Shown here: one piece after another, positions 61,198 through 64,000 of the stretch
Position numbering within the stretch: the stretch's first letter is position 1
Layout: the number at the start of each line of letters is the position of its first letter
Origin: an uncultured Candidatus Saccharibacteria bacterium
GTDB lineage: Bacteria > Patescibacteriota > Dojkabacteria > GCA-002793355
Length of the DNA stretch: 64,000 nt
NCBI GenBank assembly: GCA_964525295.1
Contig: CAZGEO010000001.1
Span: 376,662 to 440,661 of the forward strand
Direction: 5' to 3'
The notes under the pieces: model-generated
Database searches by the model: none
What the model was told of the DNA's origin: nothing
The model's input: only the letters and a program-made list of their open reading frames with translations
Made by a program: the position numbers and the translations under genes

Positions 61198-63286
61198 GAT
61201 GTCAACGAATACAACAACATTGCCAAAGGCAGTAACAGCCCTAATTTTCGCCTCAGGTTTTTACTTGTTCTTCGGAACACTCGTGCTTGCACCATTCGTA
61301 AACATTACCCTCTTCGCAACGTTTCACAGTACAACAAAACTTGCGATTTTAATGGTCGGAGCATTATTAGTTCTCATTCAATTATTCTTTCTAGTTCCTG
61401 TTATCAGAAAAAACATTTTCAGTTCTATACCAAAATTTGTAAAAGTGACAGCGGTAATCGCAGTAATAACTTTCGCTTTGTCGATCATATTTTCGGCATC
61501 CTTGAAGACATCAATTTTCGGTATGTTCGGTGCTTGGGAATACAATGTCATGACATTTTTATTGATTGGAATTGTGGGGGTGGGATGGTGGGAATTGTTT
61601 GTTATTGCAAAGCTCTATAAATTTGAACAAACATTATTTAGAGTACTTATTTCAATAACACTTGTTGTCACAATCATTTATGGACTTGGTGATTATTATT
61701 TTTGGCATTTACATACAACTTACGTTTCAAACGGTATTGTTAGACTCACGCTTGGATTTACTAATCCATTATTCGCTGCGTATTTTATTGGCATGCTGTG
61801 GGCATATCAATTTTCGACCGTATTAGACTCAACAACAACTACAACTACAACCGCAAAGAACGCCTCGATAGCTATTGGACAACTCCTACTTTTTGCAGGA
61901 ATCACACATCTTCTCTTGCTCACTTTCACTCGTAGCGCATGGATTTCTGCGGGAATCTCTGCTTTTATTATTCTTGCTTGGGCAATTTGGAAAAACTACA
62001 AAAATAAGCTGCATATTTCGAGAACCATAACTACACTATTCTTACTTGTAGTTATCATTCTCGCTCAGGTATTTGCTTATCTCAGCCAAATTCTCGAACG
62101 AAATACAGACTTGCGAAATGAGTCAACACAAACTCTCACAACCATCGCTAGCTCTCTCGGAAACAGCGAAGATACGACAGCTGCTATGAGCTTCTTTCAA
62201 AATGCGCAAAACTATACAAGTGGGCAAATACGCTTACTTGAATGGCAATGGGGAATCAGAACCTGGAGTGCAAATCCAAAAAACTTTTTGTTTGGTGTTG
62301 GACCAGATGCAGCATTTTTCGAGATGCCAAAAACGAGAGATCCTATCTTCAATGATTTACCAACAGATTCTACCGTGAAACCTTACTATATTCGGAATCT
62401 TTACCTCAATTTTCTCTTACAGCATGGATTCCTAGCCTCAATTTCAGTGACCTTACTCCTACTCTTCCTGGCATATTTACTTATCCGCCATAGTTTCACA
62501 GAACCTCAAACTATTGCAATTTTAGTTGCTTATCTCGCGCAAGGAATATTTTATTACCCTACGATATTAACAACGGTACTACTCGTTTTCTTTTTGGCAT
62601 ATCAAATTGCAAAATTTAGTGACATCGAAAAAAGCTTACTCCGCACGCCGAATACACTCGAACGGGTATTAGTAATTTTGCTTGCTGTCGGTATTGCACT
62701 TTGGGGATTCTTCATTCTCAAGGCAGAATTCACCTTAAAAATTTACAATGCCACCATGTATCCACCTACAGAAAAAGAAATGGCAAAGAATTCATTAATT
62801 CCTATAAGTAACAATGTCTTAAAAAGATATTTTACCTATTATTACTATTCTTCTGAACTTGGACAGAAATATCTCAAAGAGCTTGAAAAAAGCAATGACA
62901 TTGATGATCTGCGAGTGACTGCCGATGCTTATTATCTTTGGGCTCGAAAAGACAATTCAATACCATTAGCACAAAAGTCTATAGCAACTCTTGAACGATT
63001 GTTAACCATTGAAGATACTCTTCCCTCAACCTGGGATGCTCTGGGGTTACGTTATCTTTACATTCACGACTATGATAAAGCAATGGAAAAATTTCAACAG
63101 ACACTCAAATTAAAAAATGATTATTGGTATTCATATCTCCATATAGGAGAAACGTTACGTCAACAATGCAAACCACAAGAGGCGCTTAATTGGTACGAAA
63201 AAGCTAAGCCTTATGTTCCTTCAACCGAGAAAGAGATCATGGAAACTAAGGCTGAGATTGAAGCACCACGCGAAGATTGTAAATGA
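61196..63286 (+). CDS. O-antigen ligase (Wzy_C)-domain membrane protein with C-terminal TPR repeats
   Basis: It has about 12 TM helices. The Wzy_C-like loop reads TFTRSAWISAGISAFIILAWAIW. The C-terminal TPR-like helices read ...KAMEKFQQTLKLKNDYWYSYLHIGE...ALNWYEKAK. Confidence 0.7.
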   Translation: MMSTNTTTLPKAVTALIFASGFYLFFGTLVLAPFVNITLFATFHSTTKLAILMVGALLVLIQLFFLVPVIRKNIFSSIPKFVKVTAVIAVITFALSIIFSASLKTSIFGMFGAWEYNVMTFLLIGIVGVGWWELFVIAKLYKFEQTLFRVLISITLVVTIIYGLGDYYFWHLHTTYVSNGIVRLTLGFTNPLFAAYFIGMLWAYQFSTVLDSTTTTTTTAKNASIAIGQLLLFAGITHLLLLTFTRSAWISAGISAFIILAWAIWKNYKNKLHISRTITTLFLLVVIILAQVFAYLSQILERNTDLRNESTQTLTTIASSLGNSEDTTAAMSFFQNAQNYTSGQIRLLEWQWGIRTWSANPKNFLFGVGPDAAFFEMPKTRDPIFNDLPTDSTVKPYYIRNLYLNFLLQHGFLASISVTLLLLFLAYLLIRHSFTEPQTIAILVAYLAQGIFYYPTILTTVLLVFFLAYQIAKFSDIEKSLLRTPNTLERVLVILLAVGIALWGFFILKAEFTLKIYNATMYPPTEKEMAKNSLIPISNNVLKRYFTYYYYSSELGQKYLKELEKSNDIDDLRVTADAYYLWARKDNSIPLAQKSIATLERLLTIEDTLPSTWDALGLRYLYIHDYDKAMEKFQQTLKLKNDYWYSYLHIGETLRQQCKPQEALNWYEKAKPYVPSTEKEIMETKAEIEAPREDCK

Positions 63287-63362
63287 TTCCTAAACATAAA
63301 GAAAATTGACCGAATATTTGCTATAATATGTTGGTGTCAGAAATGTCAATTAAATTGTCAGC

Positions 63363-63719
63363 TTGTCAAATATGACAGAATCATATACTACTGCCGAAAC
63401 GTATTGTTGCGCTATCGGCGTCATCAAATTCTCGCAAGAGAAAGCTGGTTATCCAGATGTAAAAAAAGTTGCCAATGCTTGGGTAAACGATAAAAATTTC
63501 AAGCAAGTAATTCTCCGAAAAGTTTCGAAAGACGATTACGGTATTCAATTCATCTTCTACGTCGAAGATTTCGAAGAGAAGAATGGATTTGGCTCATGGT
63601 TTAGAGAAAAATATCTTGAACCAAACAGGGAAAACATCTATGCCTGGGATATTTACTTTAGCTCAGATTCCACAAAAGAAGCTGCGCTTAAAGATATCCT
63701 AAAAGACGAAAAGATCTAG
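63363..63719 (+). CDS. Hypothetical protein (118 aa)
   Basis: It is an intact ORF with the codon usage of its neighbours. No family is recognised. Confidence 0.35.
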   Translation: MSNMTESYTTAETYCCAIGVIKFSQEKAGYPDVKKVANAWVNDKNFKQVILRKVSKDDYGIQFIFYVEDFEEKNGFGSWFREKYLEPNRENIYAWDIYFSSDSTKEAALKDILKDEKI

Positions 63720-63823
63720 TGAAATGGGGGATTTCTGACACCTCCCCCAAAATCCCATCACAACTTCCAATTTACCTCTCGCTACTCTTTTGGCTCGAAA
63801 ATCTGTTATAATCAATCACTTTC

Positions 63824-63895
63824 GCGGACGTAGTTCAGAGGTAGAATGTCTGCTTCCCAAGCAGAAGATCGCGGGTTCGAATCCCGTCGTCCGCT
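63824..63895 (+). tRNA. tRNA-Gly (anticodon CCC)
   Basis: GCGGACGTAGTTCAGAGGTAGAATGTCTGCTTCCCAAGCAGAAGATCGCGGGTTCGAATCCCGTCGTCCGCT. The anticodon loop is TT-CCC-AA. Confidence 0.85.
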
Positions 63896-64000
63896 TATAT
63901 ACATCGTAAACGATATATCTCGTAAGAAGTATCTCTGATTTCAAATTAGATTAAACCTCTTAAAATTTCTCCTACATTCTTCATTTCAGGTTCTGTGGAC

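Overview
AT-rich bacterial chromosomal window with small, tightly packed genes. The gene content suggests a reduced-genome, possibly episymbiotic lineage of the CPR/Patescibacteria type (inference only). Standard genetic code is assumed because long ORFs such as leuS and the 4318-aa gene are intact with TGA as stop. Housekeeping genes include mreB, a recR-ybaB pair, rnpA-yidD-yidC, leuS, nfo, a short-form comEC, an M32 carboxypeptidase, a NUDIX hydrolase, an MFS transporter and an HhaI-like type II restriction-modification pair. An rRNA operon lies on the minus strand in the order 16S, tRNA-Ile(GAT), tRNA-Ala(TGC), 23S, with no linked 5S. A separate 5S rRNA gene sits about 5.5 kb away, under a spurious plus-strand ORF. 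Four further tRNAs are present: Lys-CTT, Arg-TCT, Gly-CCC, plus the two in the rRNA spacer. Three loci stand out. (i) A 13-kb gene encodes a 4318-aa secreted surface protein. It has Gly-rich beta-helix modules, five ~1.08-kb near-identical internal tandem repeats, three LamG-like lectin domains, six Ig-like repeats and a C-terminal membrane anchor. It is translationally coupled (ATGA) to an upstream polytopic membrane protein. (ii) A two-gene operon beside tRNA-Arg encodes a 1499-aa tail-fibre-like protein and an 882-aa protein. The 1499-aa protein carries an internal Peptidase S74 (endosialidase chaperone) autoprocessing domain followed by an unexplained ~350-aa C-terminal extension. The 882-aa protein shares the same novel C-terminal anchor module as the giant protein. 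(iii) A compact five-gene plus-strand cluster encodes a polytopic membrane protein, an ATP-grasp ligase fused to a retropepsin-like 'DTGA' domain, two RimK-type ATP-grasp ligases and a RimL/RimJ-like GNAT fused to an unknown domain. This is a candidate peptide-ligation or protein-tagging system. In addition, many intergenic regions carry heptad-periodic (AATTNNN)n tracts.
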